Assembly: GCA_051747385.1 (NCBI GenBank)
Contig: JBNJGB010000032.1
Span: 8,152-72,151, forward strand
Source of the DNA: Myxococcota bacterium
Lineage (GTDB): Bacteria; Myxococcota_A; UBA9042; PHBI01; JACKFB01
DNA: 64,000 bases
Direction of reading: 5' to 3'
In this document: in pieces, positions 28,840 through 38,064 of the stretch
Layout: each line of letters begins with the position of its first letter
How positions within the stretch are numbered: the stretch's first letter is position 1
Made by a program: the position numbers and the translations under genes
Notes under the pieces: generated by a model
The model's input: the letters and a program-made list of their open reading frames with translations, nothing else
Told to the model about the DNA's origin: nothing
Database searches by the model: none

Positions 28840-30918
28840 ATGGAAACACGTCTACGTCGCCAGGTGTCCGCGCTCGCCCTCCTGCTCGTCGTCTCGGCCG
28901 TCGGAGGCTGCGCCACGACGGCGGCCGAGCGGTGCGCGAGCGGGCCGGAGCCCGTCGAGGTCCCGGGGGAGATGACGGCGGATCCGCGCCCGCCGGAGGC
29001 CTGGCTCCGGCCGGACGACGCGGCGCTCCGCCTGAAGCTGGACCCGCGGGGCTGGACGCCCCTGGCCCGGGCCGTCGCGGAGGTGATCGACGGCATGGAG
29101 GCCCAGGCCCTGCCGCCGGCGACGGCCCTCCTCGGGCAGGTCGTCCCGCCGGGGCCCGCGCTGGAGTCCGTGGACCTGGAGCGTCCCTCGTGGCTGGTCC
29201 TGTCCGCGCGCGGCGACCGCCTGTTCCGGACCTGCCTCGGGGCCGGGCTGCCGTGCACCCGGGACGCGTACGAGATCCCGCTGTACGCCCGCCTGCTCCT
29301 GCCCAGCCGGGACCCGGCGGCGCTCGCGACCGCCCTCCGGGAGACGCTCGGCCGGGCCTCGCGGGTCGTGCGGCACCGCGACTTCGTCCGCGTCGAGCTC
29401 GCCGTGGGCGTGCAGGGGGAGAGCGAGCCCGTGGCCGCCGACCTCGACGCCAGGGCGGCCGGCCGGCGGGACCGCGGGTCGGAGGCGCCGGACACCCCCG
29501 CGCTCCGTGCGTTCCGGGGACACGACGGCCTCTTGGCGATCCACGGGGACCTGGGCCGGGTCCTGGGTCTGGCCCAGCACGTGGGGGCGCGCGCGCTCGC
29601 TCCGTCGCTCGCACGCGTGGACCCGTCGAGGGCGGTCGGCGCGCTGGCGCAGGGGACCTGGATCCTGAACCTGGCGACCTCCCTGGACGAGCCCGAGCGC
29701 GCCGAGGTCCGCGACGCGGCGTTGCTCCTCGGCCTCGCCGACGGGGCCCCGGCGCTGGATCTGGTCGGCACCCGGACCCCGTTCGGCCGCCGCCTGCTCG
29801 AGGCGGCGCGCTTCGCCCCCGAGATGACGCCGTCGCGTGTGGAAGAGCCCGTGTTCACGCTGGACTGGGCGATGGATCCCGAGGCCGTGCGCGAGGCGGA
29901 CGGGATCCCCGAGTGGCTCGACGAGGGGCCCGAGTCCCTGCGCTCGCTGGTCCGTCCCCTCGGCGTGTGGCTCCTCGCGGGCGTGGCGCGCCACCCCGTG
30001 GGGGTCGTCGGAGGCCTGCTGGCGCCGCCCATGGCCGGGCGGGACGACTCCGAGCCGCCGACGCTCCTGGCCCTCCGCATCCGAGCGGAGCCGCGCCCGG
30101 AGGTGACGCCCGAGGAGGAGGTCCTGCTCCGGGGCGGGGCCGCGCTCCTCTTCCCGCGGACGGAGCGCACGACCGGCCTGCTGACCATGCTCCGCATGCG
30201 GGTGGGGACCGACGACCGCTACGCCATGGACGTCCGGGACCGGGGCGACCGGGTCGAGGTGCTGGTCAGCTACGGCGCCGCGATCGAGGAGGTCTTCAGA
30301 GACGAGGCCACCGGGGTGGACTGGAGCACGCAGGGGGCCCGCATGGACCTGGCGCGCCTGATGGAGCGGGCCGAGTTCCTGAAGCGCCTCCTCTGGCAGA
30401 TCCGGCCGATCCTCCCGATCCCGGTCGACGCCGGCGTGCCGCCGTGGCTGCCGCGAGCGCCGCTCGTCCTCACCCTGGGCGCCGGGGAGGACGTGTCCGG
30501 ACTCCGCCTCGCCCTCGGGCGGGACCCGGGGGGACCGCCGATGCCCGCCGGGGGAGACGCCTCGGTGCAGCCCGCCCCGACGTGCCTGGACCTCCTGTTC
30601 CGCGACCTGGCTCCCATCGTGGACGCCGCGGCCCACGGGCGGCGGAGCGCCTCGGTCCTTCGGGTCGGCCTGGACGGCGTCCGCGCGACCCTGGAGGAGC
30701 GGGTCGCAGGATGCGCCGGGCCGGACGCCGCGCTCGCCCGCCTCGCCGTGGCCCACGTGGACTGGCTCCGAGCCCGGCTGGCCGACGAGGCCGGACAGCG
30801 GGACGAGGCGGACGCGCTGGACGAGCAGGCGTGCGAGGCGGGCCACTGCCCCGCGTGCCTGGATCCCCGCGGCGCCTGGCTGGGGGCCCGCCCGGCGGAG
30901 GCCGACGCCGCCCGGTGA
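28840..30918 (+). CDS. hypothetical lipoprotein
   Basis: 692 aa with signal peptide plus lipobox (LLLVVSAVGGC) and A/L/R/D/E-rich but non-repetitive composition. Three overlapping ORFs in other frames are extreme R/P/G-rich artefacts. Confidence 0.55.
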   Translation: METRLRRQVSALALLLVVSAVGGCATTAAERCASGPEPVEVPGEMTADPRPPEAWLRPDDAALRLKLDPRGWTPLARAVAEVIDGMEAQALPPATALLGQVVPPGPALESVDLERPSWLVLSARGDRLFRTCLGAGLPCTRDAYEIPLYARLLLPSRDPAALATALRETLGRASRVVRHRDFVRVELAVGVQGESEPVAADLDARAAGRRDRGSEAPDTPALRAFRGHDGLLAIHGDLGRVLGLAQHVGARALAPSLARVDPSRAVGALAQGTWILNLATSLDEPERAEVRDAALLLGLADGAPALDLVGTRTPFGRRLLEAARFAPEMTPSRVEEPVFTLDWAMDPEAVREADGIPEWLDEGPESLRSLVRPLGVWLLAGVARHPVGVVGGLLAPPMAGRDDSEPPTLLALRIRAEPRPEVTPEEEVLLRGGAALLFPRTERTTGLLTMLRMRVGTDDRYAMDVRDRGDRVEVLVSYGAAIEEVFRDEATGVDWSTQGARMDLARLMERAEFLKRLLWQIRPILPIPVDAGVPPWLPRAPLVLTLGAGEDVSGLRLALGRDPGGPPMPAGGDASVQPAPTCLDLLFRDLAPIVDAAAHGRRSASVLRVGLDGVRATLEERVAGCAGPDAALARLAVAHVDWLRARLADEAGQRDEADALDEQACEAGHCPACLDPRGAWLGARPAEADAAR

Positions 30919-30967
30919 TCCGGCGCCGGGGCTTCGTGATATGCTGGAGGCCATCCAGGAGGCGCCC

Positions 30968-31501
30968 ATGAAGACTTCGCTCGTGCTCACCGTGGTGGGC
31001 CCGGATCAGCCGGGTCTCGTCGAGGCCATCTCCCGCGCCGTCGCGGATCACGGCGGCAACTGGGAGGCCAGCCGCATGGGCCGCCTGGGCGGGCAGTTCG
31101 CCGGCATGGTCCAGGTGGGCACGGACGAGGCCGGGGCCGAGGCCCTCGCGGAGGCCCTCCTGGGGCTGGAGGCGCGCGGGCTGCACGTCGTGGTCGTGGG
31201 GAAGGGCGAGGAGGAGCGCGCCGCGGACCTCGTGCCGCTCCGGCTGGACCTCGTGGGCACCGATCGGCCCGGCATCCTCCGGGAGATCTCGGCCGTGCTC
31301 GCCTCCCGGCACGTGAACGTCGACGAGCTGGAGACGGAGTGCACCAGCGCCCCCATGTCCGGGGAGGCGCTCTTCCGCATGTCCGCCGCGCTGCGCGCTC
31401 CGCGCGACGTGGCCCTGGCCGACCTCACGGAGCGGCTGGAGGCCCTCGCCAACGACCTCATGGTGGACGTGACCCTGGCCCCGGAGGGCGAGGAGGCGTG
31501 A
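30968..31501 (+). CDS. tandem ACT-domain protein (GcvR-like glycine cleavage regulator family)
   Basis: From MKTSLVLTVVGPDQPGLVEAISRAVADHGGNWEASRM; AGGAGG RBS 7 nt upstream. A second ACT-like region follows (LRLDLVGTDRPGILREISAVLASRHVNV). Confidence 0.7.
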   Translation: MKTSLVLTVVGPDQPGLVEAISRAVADHGGNWEASRMGRLGGQFAGMVQVGTDEAGAEALAEALLGLEARGLHVVVVGKGEEERAADLVPLRLDLVGTDRPGILREISAVLASRHVNVDELETECTSAPMSGEALFRMSAALRAPRDVALADLTERLEALANDLMVDVTLAPEGEEA

Positions 31502-32610
31502 GCGACACCGCGGAGGAGACGACCGTGACGGGGGACGGGTTCGAGGAGGTGCCGCTGCGGCCGCACTTCTTCATGGCGTCCGCCTTCTTCCCGATGCCCG
31601 TGCTCCTGGCGAGCACCCGCGACGAGGAGGGCCGCACCAACCTGGCGCCGTACAGCATCTGCTTCCCGGAGCCGTCCCTGGGCGACGACGCCATGGTCCT
31701 GTCGTGCCGGCCGGACAGCAACACCGCGCGCAACATCCGCCGCTCCGGGCGCGTGGCCCTGAACTTCATCCCCGACGCGCCCCACTTCATCGAGAACCTG
31801 AAGGAGCTGGGCATCCCGGGGGCGACCCCGAAGAAGATGGGGCGCAGCATCTTCCGGCTGGCCCCGTCCGACCGGCCGGCGGAGGGCGGGGAGGACGCGC
31901 CGGACCTGGTGGACGACGCCGTGCAGGTGTTCGAGTGCACCTGGGACCGGGAGCACACCGTCGAGACGGCCCACGAGGACCTCCACTTCGTCCTGCGGGT
32001 GGAGCGCATCCTCCTCAAGGCGCGCTGGCGGAGGGCCCTGGAGTCGGGGGAGGGGGTCCCGCGCCTGCCCGTGGACTACGGCTTCCGCGCGCCCACGTCG
32101 ACGTGGCTGTCGCGGCCCATGACGCGCTATCAGACGCCGCGGCTGCGTCCAAAGTTCGAGCTGACCGTCCCCTACGCGCCGGACTCCGTCGTGCGGCGCT
32201 TCCGGCGGGCCCTGACGGCCCCCAACACCCCGGTCGTGGGAAACGCGGCCATGGAGCACGTCCAGCTCTTCGTCCCGGAGCGCGAGCGGACCTTCTGGTC
32301 GCCTCACGTCGACCTGATGCTGGCCGAGGACCCGGAGGGCGCGCGCCTGTTCGGCCGCATCGGGCCGCACCCCAGCGTGTGGACCCTGTTCGTGGCCCTC
32401 CACGCCGTCGTCGGCTTCACGGGGCTGGGCGGCCTCATGTTCGGCCTGTCCCAGCTGGTCTCCAAGGAGCCGGCGTGGGCCCTCTGGGTGGTCCCGGCGG
32501 CCCTGGCCCTGCACGTCTTCATCGCCGGCGCCGCCTTCATCGGCCAGGGCCTCGGCGCCGACCAGATCCACCGCCTCCGCGTCTTCATCGAGGACACCCT
32601 CGCCACCTAG
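31498..32610 (+). CDS. flavin reductase-like FMN-binding domain protein with C-terminal membrane domain
   Basis: GTG at 31498 overlaps the upstream stop (GTGA). Residues FFMASAFFPMPVLLASTRDEEGRTNLAPYS fit the split-barrel flavin reductase fold. The C-terminal 90 aa are hydrophobic. ATG at about 31576 is an alternative start. Confidence 0.6.
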   Translation: MSDTAEETTVTGDGFEEVPLRPHFFMASAFFPMPVLLASTRDEEGRTNLAPYSICFPEPSLGDDAMVLSCRPDSNTARNIRRSGRVALNFIPDAPHFIENLKELGIPGATPKKMGRSIFRLAPSDRPAEGGEDAPDLVDDAVQVFECTWDREHTVETAHEDLHFVLRVERILLKARWRRALESGEGVPRLPVDYGFRAPTSTWLSRPMTRYQTPRLRPKFELTVPYAPDSVVRRFRRALTAPNTPVVGNAAMEHVQLFVPERERTFWSPHVDLMLAEDPEGARLFGRIGPHPSVWTLFVALHAVVGFTGLGGLMFGLSQLVSKEPAWALWVVPAALALHVFIAGAAFIGQGLGADQIHRLRVFIEDTLAT

Positions 32611-32642
32611 GTGGGGTCAAACCTACTCATTTCTCACTTTTC
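32611..32642 (+). repeat. 32-nt element copy A (gtggggtcaaacctactcatttctcacttttc) immediately 3' of a TAG stop
   Basis: 31/32 identical to the reverse complement of 38033..38064. Confidence 0.7.
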
Positions 32643-32722
32643 CCTCGGCGCCCAGCCCCGTCGCGCATCTGATCTGTAACGGTTCGCCGCCCTGTCGGCT
32701 CACAGGGGCAGGAGGACGTGAC

Positions 32723-33370
32723 ATGCAGATGAAGCTCTATCAGCGAGAAGGATGCCCCCACGGCGGCAGGGTCCGCCGGTTCCTCACGGATCGGGGCGTG
32801 GACTACGAGATCGTCAACGTGCCCAAGCTCGGCTCGGAGCGCCGGGAGGTGTTGGCGCTCGGCGTCGACAAGCCCGAGGTCCCGGTCCTGGTGGACGGGG
32901 ACACGGTGATTCAGGGCAGCGACGAGATCCTGGCCCACCTGGAGTCCAAGCTCCCCGACCCGGGCTTCGGCGACCCGGCCTACGGGCTGACCCGCGAGCT
33001 GCCGAACCTGTCCTACGGGGACGCCGTCGCGGCGGTGAAGGAGGCCCTGGCGACGGAGGGCTTCGGGGTGCAGACCGAGGTCGACGTGCGCGCGACCCTC
33101 GAGGAGAAGCTGGGCGAGGAGACGCGGCCCTACCTCATCCTCGGCGTCTGCAACCCGAAGCTGGCCCACCAGGCCCTGAGCGGCGAGCCGGGCATCGGCC
33201 TCTTCCTGCCCTGCAACGTCGTGGTCGCCGAGCAGCCCGACGGCCACGCGGTGGTCTCCACCATCGACCCGGCGAAGATGTTCACCCTCATCGGCCGCCC
33301 CGAGGTCGAGCCCATCGCGAGGGAGGTCGGCCAGCGCCTCCGCAACGTGCTGGCGGCGCTCCCCGCGTAG
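32723..33370 (+). CDS. glutaredoxin-like domain fused to DUF302 domain
   Basis: N-terminal MKLYQREGCPHGGRVRRFLTDRGVDYEIVNV (thioredoxin-fold, single Cys). C-terminal DUF302-like (YLILGVCNPKLAHQALSGEPGIGLFLPCNVVVAEQ). GCAGGAGGA RBS. Confidence 0.7.
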   Translation: MQMKLYQREGCPHGGRVRRFLTDRGVDYEIVNVPKLGSERREVLALGVDKPEVPVLVDGDTVIQGSDEILAHLESKLPDPGFGDPAYGLTRELPNLSYGDAVAAVKEALATEGFGVQTEVDVRATLEEKLGEETRPYLILGVCNPKLAHQALSGEPGIGLFLPCNVVVAEQPDGHAVVSTIDPAKMFTLIGRPEVEPIAREVGQRLRNVLAALPA

Positions 33371-33377
33371 GCCCGCG

Positions 33378-34163
33378 TCAGCCGCGCTCCCCCCGGTGGA
33401 GGGCGAAGCCGGCGAAGGACTGCATCGTCGGCATCACCTCGAGCGTGTTCACGTTCACGTGACGGGGGAGCGTGGCCACCCAGCGGATGGCCTCGGCGAC
33501 GTCGTCCGGCCTGAGCGGCTGGATGCCCTCGTACGGCTTGCGGGCGGCCTCCGCGTCGCCCTTGAAGCGGACCACCGAGAACTCGGTCTCGGCCAGGCCG
33601 GGCTGGATGTCCGTGACACGGACGGGGTGGCCGACGAGATCTGCCCGCAGGTTCAGGCTGAACTGGTGCACGAACGCCTTGGTGGCGCCGTAGACGTTGG
33701 CGCCGGGATAGGGCCAGTTGGCAGCGATGGAGCCCAGGTTGATCACGTGGCCGCGGCGGCGCTCGACCATGCCCGGGAGCAGCGCCCGCGTCGCGTAGAG
33801 GAGGCCCTTCACGTTCGTGTCGACCATGGCCTCCCAGTCGTCCGGATCGGTCTCGTGGGCGCGCTCGAGCCCCAGGGCGAGGCCCGCGTTGTTCACCAGG
33901 ACGTCCACCGCGGCGAACTCCTCCGGCAGGCCGTCCACCGCCTCCCGGACGGCCTCCGCATCGCGCACGTCGAACGCCACGCCGAGGAGCCGATCCCCGA
34001 GCTCGTCGCGCAGGGCCCGGAGGCGCTCCTCACGCCGGCCCGTGGCGATCACGCGCGCCCCCAGGGCGACGAACCGGCGGGCGACGGCGGCGCCGAAGCC
34101 GGCCGTGGCGCCTGTGACGAACACGGTGAGGGTGCTGGGATCGACGGTGTCGTAGTCGGACAT
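33378..34163 (-). CDS. SDR family NAD(P)-dependent oxidoreductase (YdfG-like)
   Basis: From MSDYDTVDPSTLTVFVTGATAGFG (TGxxxGxG), then NNAG, S...YxxxK (YGATKAF). GGGAG RBS. The table ORF starts 13 codons upstream at a GTG. Confidence 0.8.
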   Translation of the reverse strand: MSDYDTVDPSTLTVFVTGATAGFGAAVARRFVALGARVIATGRREERLRALRDELGDRLLGVAFDVRDAEAVREAVDGLPEEFAAVDVLVNNAGLALGLERAHETDPDDWEAMVDTNVKGLLYATRALLPGMVERRRGHVINLGSIAANWPYPGANVYGATKAFVHQFSLNLRADLVGHPVRVTDIQPGLAETEFSVVRFKGDAEAARKPYEGIQPLRPDDVAEAIRWVATLPRHVNVNTLEVMPTMQSFAGFALHRGERG

Positions 34164-34310
34164 GGGATCTCCCGCGGTGCGTTCGGCGGCATCGTCGGAC
34201 ACGGCCCGGTCCTCCGTCCAGCCCGGCCTCCCGGCACCGAGGAGGACGAGGACCTCCTGGCGCAGCTCGCGTCCCGAGCGGGCGCGGATACGAGGGTCGT
34301 CCGGTCCCGG

Positions 34311-34338
34311 TTGACGCGTCGCGTCCGACGTCTACGAT
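34311..34338 (+). promoter_or_regulatory. sigma70-like promoter (TTGACG-16-TACGAT) for the Cys-rich secreted protein gene
   Basis: -35 TTGACG, 16-nt spacer, -10 TACGAT. The -10 ends about 38 nt upstream of the ATG at 34376. Confidence 0.35.
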
Positions 34339-34375
34339 ACGTCCGATCCGATACACACACCGGAAGGAGGTCCCC

Positions 34376-34831
34376 ATGCGGCACCTGCTCGTCACGCTCA
34401 TCGCCCTCCCCCTGCTCGCCCTCGGCACCATGGGCGCGTCCGGCGACGGATGCGAGCCCGGCACCACCCCGGAGCCCGGCCCCGCCACGGCGGGCCAGGC
34501 GGAGGACTGCACCGGAGACGTGGTCTGCGAAGGGGACGTCGAGGGCCTCCTCTGCGTGGAGTACTACGGCATCGCCGGACCCAGCGGCCCCACGTTCGCG
34601 TCCTGCGAGATCCCGTGCGTCGACAACGCGGACTGCCCCACCGGCCAGTCCTGCGGGACCATCGCCGACGGCCCCGGCGACGTCTGCCGCCCGGATCCGA
34701 ACGCCGGCGCCGAGATCCCGTGCGGTCCCAACACGTGCGGTGAGGGCGAGTATTGCTGCAACGAGTCCTGCGGCATCTGCGCCCCCATCGGCGGCTACTG
34801 CACCCAGCAGTACTGCGGAGAGACGTACTGA
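34376..34831 (+). CDS. small secreted cysteine-rich protein
   Basis: 151 aa with a GGAAGGAGG RBS 5 nt upstream. Signal peptide MRHLLVTLIALPLLALGTMGASG, about 20 Cys (CGPNTCGEGEYCCNESCGICAPIGGYCTQQYCGETY). Confidence 0.65.
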   Translation: MRHLLVTLIALPLLALGTMGASGDGCEPGTTPEPGPATAGQAEDCTGDVVCEGDVEGLLCVEYYGIAGPSGPTFASCEIPCVDNADCPTGQSCGTIADGPGDVCRPDPNAGAEIPCGPNTCGEGEYCCNESCGICAPIGGYCTQQYCGETY

Positions 34832-34903
34832 GGGGACCGCGGGAGGGGCGCCGCGAACGCGCTTCCGGTCCGGTGAGGGTTGTGACAGGATGCGCAGCCC
34901 TTG

Positions 34904-36349
34904 ATGTGGCGCGTCTCCCGGCCTGGTGATCCGCTGCTTCGCCCCGCGCTCGCGGGGTGGTTGGCGGCGCTCGTCCTCGGGCTGTCCGCCGACGTCCGGG
35001 CCGGGGCGCCGGACCCCACGGCCGGTGTGGAGGCCGTCGAGGGCGCCCCCCTCCCGGGGACCATCCGGAACCGGACCGTGGACGAGCGGCGTCCCGGCCA
35101 GGCGCTCCTGTGGGTTCCGCGGCTGGCCCTCTTCGTGCCCCGGATGCTCTACGAGGTGGCTACCGAGCCCCTCCGCCTCCTGAGCATGGCCCAGGAGCGC
35201 TATCGCCTCGACGAGAGGGTCACCGAGTTCTTCTTCAACGAGGAGGGGACCTTCGGCGCCTATCCCACGGCCTTCATGGAGACGGGCTTCGGCCTGAACG
35301 TGGGCGCCCGGATCATCCACAAGGATCTCTTCGGCCGCAGCGAGTCCCTGCGGCTCCGCGCCGGGTTCGGCGGCCTGTTCAAGCAGGCCTACACGGCGCG
35401 GCTCGCCTCGGGGAATCGGCTCCCGGGCGGCGCCGTGGTGGCCCTGCAGGGAGGCTACGAGGTCACCCGCTCGAACCGGTTCTTCGGCCTGGGCAACGGA
35501 GAGCCCGCCGACGACGGCGCCTTGGAGCAGCCCATCGACCTCCGCGAGGAGGAGGTCTTCGCCCGGTCCGTGTACCGCCTTCGCGAGGCCTACGGGACGC
35601 TCACGGGCTCCGTGCGCCTGTCGGAGCGCCTGAAGCTGCGCCTCACCCACCGCTGGTCGAGCCGCGAGGTGGAGCAGGGCGATCTCGGGCCGGGCGGCGA
35701 GGACTGGCTGTCGGAGGTGTACCTGGACGAGTCGCTGCCGGGCTCCGACGTGCCCCTGGTGAGCGCCTACACGGAACTTCGGGCGGACGTGGACACGACC
35801 CGCACCCACTCCGTCGTGCTGCCGCGCGCGCTGCCCTCGGCGGGCTGGCAGGTGAACGCGTGGGCGGGGTGGCAGCAGGGCGTGGCCGAGGACCCGTCCC
35901 GCTTCGCGCGGGTGGGACTGGACGTCCAGCCCTATCTCGACCTCTTCGGCGGCGATCGCGTGCTGAGGCTCCGCCTTCGCCTGGTGGGAGCGCTGGCCCG
36001 GCGGGAGCACATCCCGTTCATGGATCTGCCCACCCTGGGCGGCCCCTTCCTGCTCCGGGGCTACCTGCGCGATCGCTTCCGGGGGCGTCTCACCGGGCTG
36101 ACGACGGTGGAGTATCGCTGGCCCGTCCAGCCGAACTTCGCCGCCTACGTGTTCATGGACGCGGGGCGGGCCTGGGCAGACTTCGACGACGTCACCCTGG
36201 CGGGGACGCGGGTCGGCTTCGGCGGCGGCCTGCTGGTGTTCACCCCGGACTCCTTCGTCATGGGCTTCCACGTCGCCTCCTCCCGGGACGGCGGCGTGTT
36301 CTTCAACCTCATCCTGGACCCGGTGCACGATCCCCGTGAGACGTACTGA
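34904..36349 (+). CDS. Omp85/BamA-TamA family outer-membrane beta-barrel protein (bacterial surface antigen D15 domain)
   Basis: 481 aa with signal peptide. The C-terminal region TLGGPFLLRGYLRDRFRGRLTGLTTVEYRWPV...FMDAGRAW matches the Omp85 barrel signature. Confidence 0.7.
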   Translation: MWRVSRPGDPLLRPALAGWLAALVLGLSADVRAGAPDPTAGVEAVEGAPLPGTIRNRTVDERRPGQALLWVPRLALFVPRMLYEVATEPLRLLSMAQERYRLDERVTEFFFNEEGTFGAYPTAFMETGFGLNVGARIIHKDLFGRSESLRLRAGFGGLFKQAYTARLASGNRLPGGAVVALQGGYEVTRSNRFFGLGNGEPADDGALEQPIDLREEEVFARSVYRLREAYGTLTGSVRLSERLKLRLTHRWSSREVEQGDLGPGGEDWLSEVYLDESLPGSDVPLVSAYTELRADVDTTRTHSVVLPRALPSAGWQVNAWAGWQQGVAEDPSRFARVGLDVQPYLDLFGGDRVLRLRLRLVGALARREHIPFMDLPTLGGPFLLRGYLRDRFRGRLTGLTTVEYRWPVQPNFAAYVFMDAGRAWADFDDVTLAGTRVGFGGGLLVFTPDSFVMGFHVASSRDGGVFFNLILDPVHDPRETY

Positions 36350-38015
36350 CGCCGTCACCGCGCTGGTCGCCCTGACCCTCCTCGGGGGGTCGGGGTGCGC
36401 GTCCGCGCCGACGGGGCGCGTGCGGTTCGACAACGCCGACCCGGTGTGGACGGTGAACGACCGGCGCCCCATGCCCCCGCCGGCCGAGCGCGAGTACCTG
36501 CGCAACACCATGGCCCTGGAGACCCTCCTGCGGAGGCCGGTCATCGACACGCTGCGCGTCCCCGAGGAGCCACGCGCGCTGAACGTGAACGCCCTGGGCG
36601 AGGTGCCGGACTCCACCTGGTTCACCAACCGCGTCGGGCTGACCCCGGGGGACGTGGCTCGCGGGCCGGGTGATGGGAGCGGCCCCGACTTGTCCGAGCC
36701 CCTGCGGGTCCTGCGCTCGAAGAAGGGCGGGGCCCAGCCGGGCTTCCTGGTGGAGGACATCCGGGGCGACCGCTACATCCTGAAGTTCGACCACCCGCTG
36801 CACCCGGAGATGGAGACCGGGGCGGACGTCGTCGTCCAGCGCCTCCTCTGGGCGGTGGGCTATCACGTGCCGCAGGACTCGGTGATCCTCTTCCGGCGCG
36901 AGGACCTGGTGGTGGCCGAGGGCGCGACCCGGAAGACCCCGGCCGGCCGGAAGATCCCCCTCACCGAGGCGGACGTGGACGACACCCTGGCGCCGGTGCC
37001 GAAGACCGACGGGGGGCGCTGGCGGGGCCTGGTGAGCAAGTTCCTCCGCGGCGTGCCGGCTGGCGGATACGCCATGCGCGGGACCCGACCGGACGATCCC
37101 AACGACCTCGTCCCCCACCAGCACCGCCGCGATCTGCGCGGGCAGTGGATCTTCTTCGCGTGGCTGGCCCACACGGACGTGAAGGAGGACAACGGCCTCG
37201 ACATGTGGATCGAGGACCCGCCGGGCTCGGGCACGGGCCATCTGGTCCACTACCTCGTGGACTTCGGCAAGGGCCTCGGCAGCAAGGGCCTCGGCGTGAA
37301 CAACACCCAGGACACCTTCGGCCACCAGCTGGACTTCCGGCTGTTCTGGAAGTCGCTGCTGTCCTTCGGCCTGTGGCAGCGACCGTGGGAGGAGTCCATC
37401 CGGCCCGACATCGAGGGCGTGGGCCGCTTCGACGTGGAGCACCTGGACCCGTCGCACTTCCGCACGAGCCTGCCGTGGACGCCGTTCTGGCGGGCGGATC
37501 GCTTCGACGCCTTCTGGGCGGCGAAGATCCTGATGGACCTCACGCCCGCCCACATCGCGGCGGCGGTGGACCAGGGCCGCTACTCCGACCCGCGCGCCCG
37601 GGAGTATCTCGTCCGGACCCTCGTCGGGCGGCAGCGCAAGCTGGGGCGCTACTGGTTCCGGCGGGTGAACCCCCTGGGCCGGCTCCAGGTGGAGCGCGTC
37701 GAGGCCGGGTGGCGCCTGTGCGGGACGGACCTGCTGCTGGCCCATGGCCTCGCCCAGGCCGGACACGACACACGCTACGACCTGACCGCCTGGGACCGGG
37801 ACGGCGAGCCCCTCGGCTGGCGCCGGACTCCGGAACCCACCGGGGACGGTCGGGTCTGCGTCGATCTCCCCCGCCCTCCAGGTGACGTCGACGGCTACAC
37901 CATGATCGTCTGGAAGACCCGCCGCGCCGACGGCGCGCTGCCCCCGACCGTGATCCACCTGGCCCGCCGGCCCCGGGACGGCGTCCTCCGCGTCATCGGG
38001 CTGTACCGGCGCTGA
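36336..38015 (+). CDS. hypothetical lipoprotein
   Basis: 559 aa from GTG (overlaps the upstream gene by 14 nt). Signal peptide plus lipobox (LVALTLLGGSGC). Protein-like composition with many W/F/Y. Confidence 0.65.
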   Translation: MRRTDAVTALVALTLLGGSGCASAPTGRVRFDNADPVWTVNDRRPMPPPAEREYLRNTMALETLLRRPVIDTLRVPEEPRALNVNALGEVPDSTWFTNRVGLTPGDVARGPGDGSGPDLSEPLRVLRSKKGGAQPGFLVEDIRGDRYILKFDHPLHPEMETGADVVVQRLLWAVGYHVPQDSVILFRREDLVVAEGATRKTPAGRKIPLTEADVDDTLAPVPKTDGGRWRGLVSKFLRGVPAGGYAMRGTRPDDPNDLVPHQHRRDLRGQWIFFAWLAHTDVKEDNGLDMWIEDPPGSGTGHLVHYLVDFGKGLGSKGLGVNNTQDTFGHQLDFRLFWKSLLSFGLWQRPWEESIRPDIEGVGRFDVEHLDPSHFRTSLPWTPFWRADRFDAFWAAKILMDLTPAHIAAAVDQGRYSDPRAREYLVRTLVGRQRKLGRYWFRRVNPLGRLQVERVEAGWRLCGTDLLLAHGLAQAGHDTRYDLTAWDRDGEPLGWRRTPEPTGDGRVCVDLPRPPGDVDGYTMIVWKTRRADGALPPTVIHLARRPRDGVLRVIGLYRR

Positions 38016-38032
38016 TGGCGCCCGGGCCGGGC

Positions 38033-38064
38033 CGAAAAGTGAGAAGTGAGTAGGTTTGACCCCA
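38033..38064 (-). repeat. 32-nt element copy B (reverse complement gtggggtcaaacctactcacttctcacttttc) immediately 3' of the TAG stop of the minus-strand CNB gene
   Basis: Inverted copy of 32611..32642 (one mismatch). Confidence 0.7.

Noticed and set aside
34203-34375. Short direct repeats (GTCCGA, CGATAC) within the promoter region of the Cys-rich protein gene
   Set aside because: Too short and degenerate to distinguish from chance. Only the TTGACG-16-TACGAT promoter is reported.
32611-38064. Transposon or IS element delimited by the 32-nt inverted repeats
   Set aside because: No transposase, integrase, recombinase or target-site duplication is visible. The repeats sit in 3' UTRs of flanking genes, and the enclosed genes are ordinary envelope and redox genes. 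This is kept as a finding (dispersed repeat or ancient insertion or inversion boundary) but not called as a mobile_element feature.
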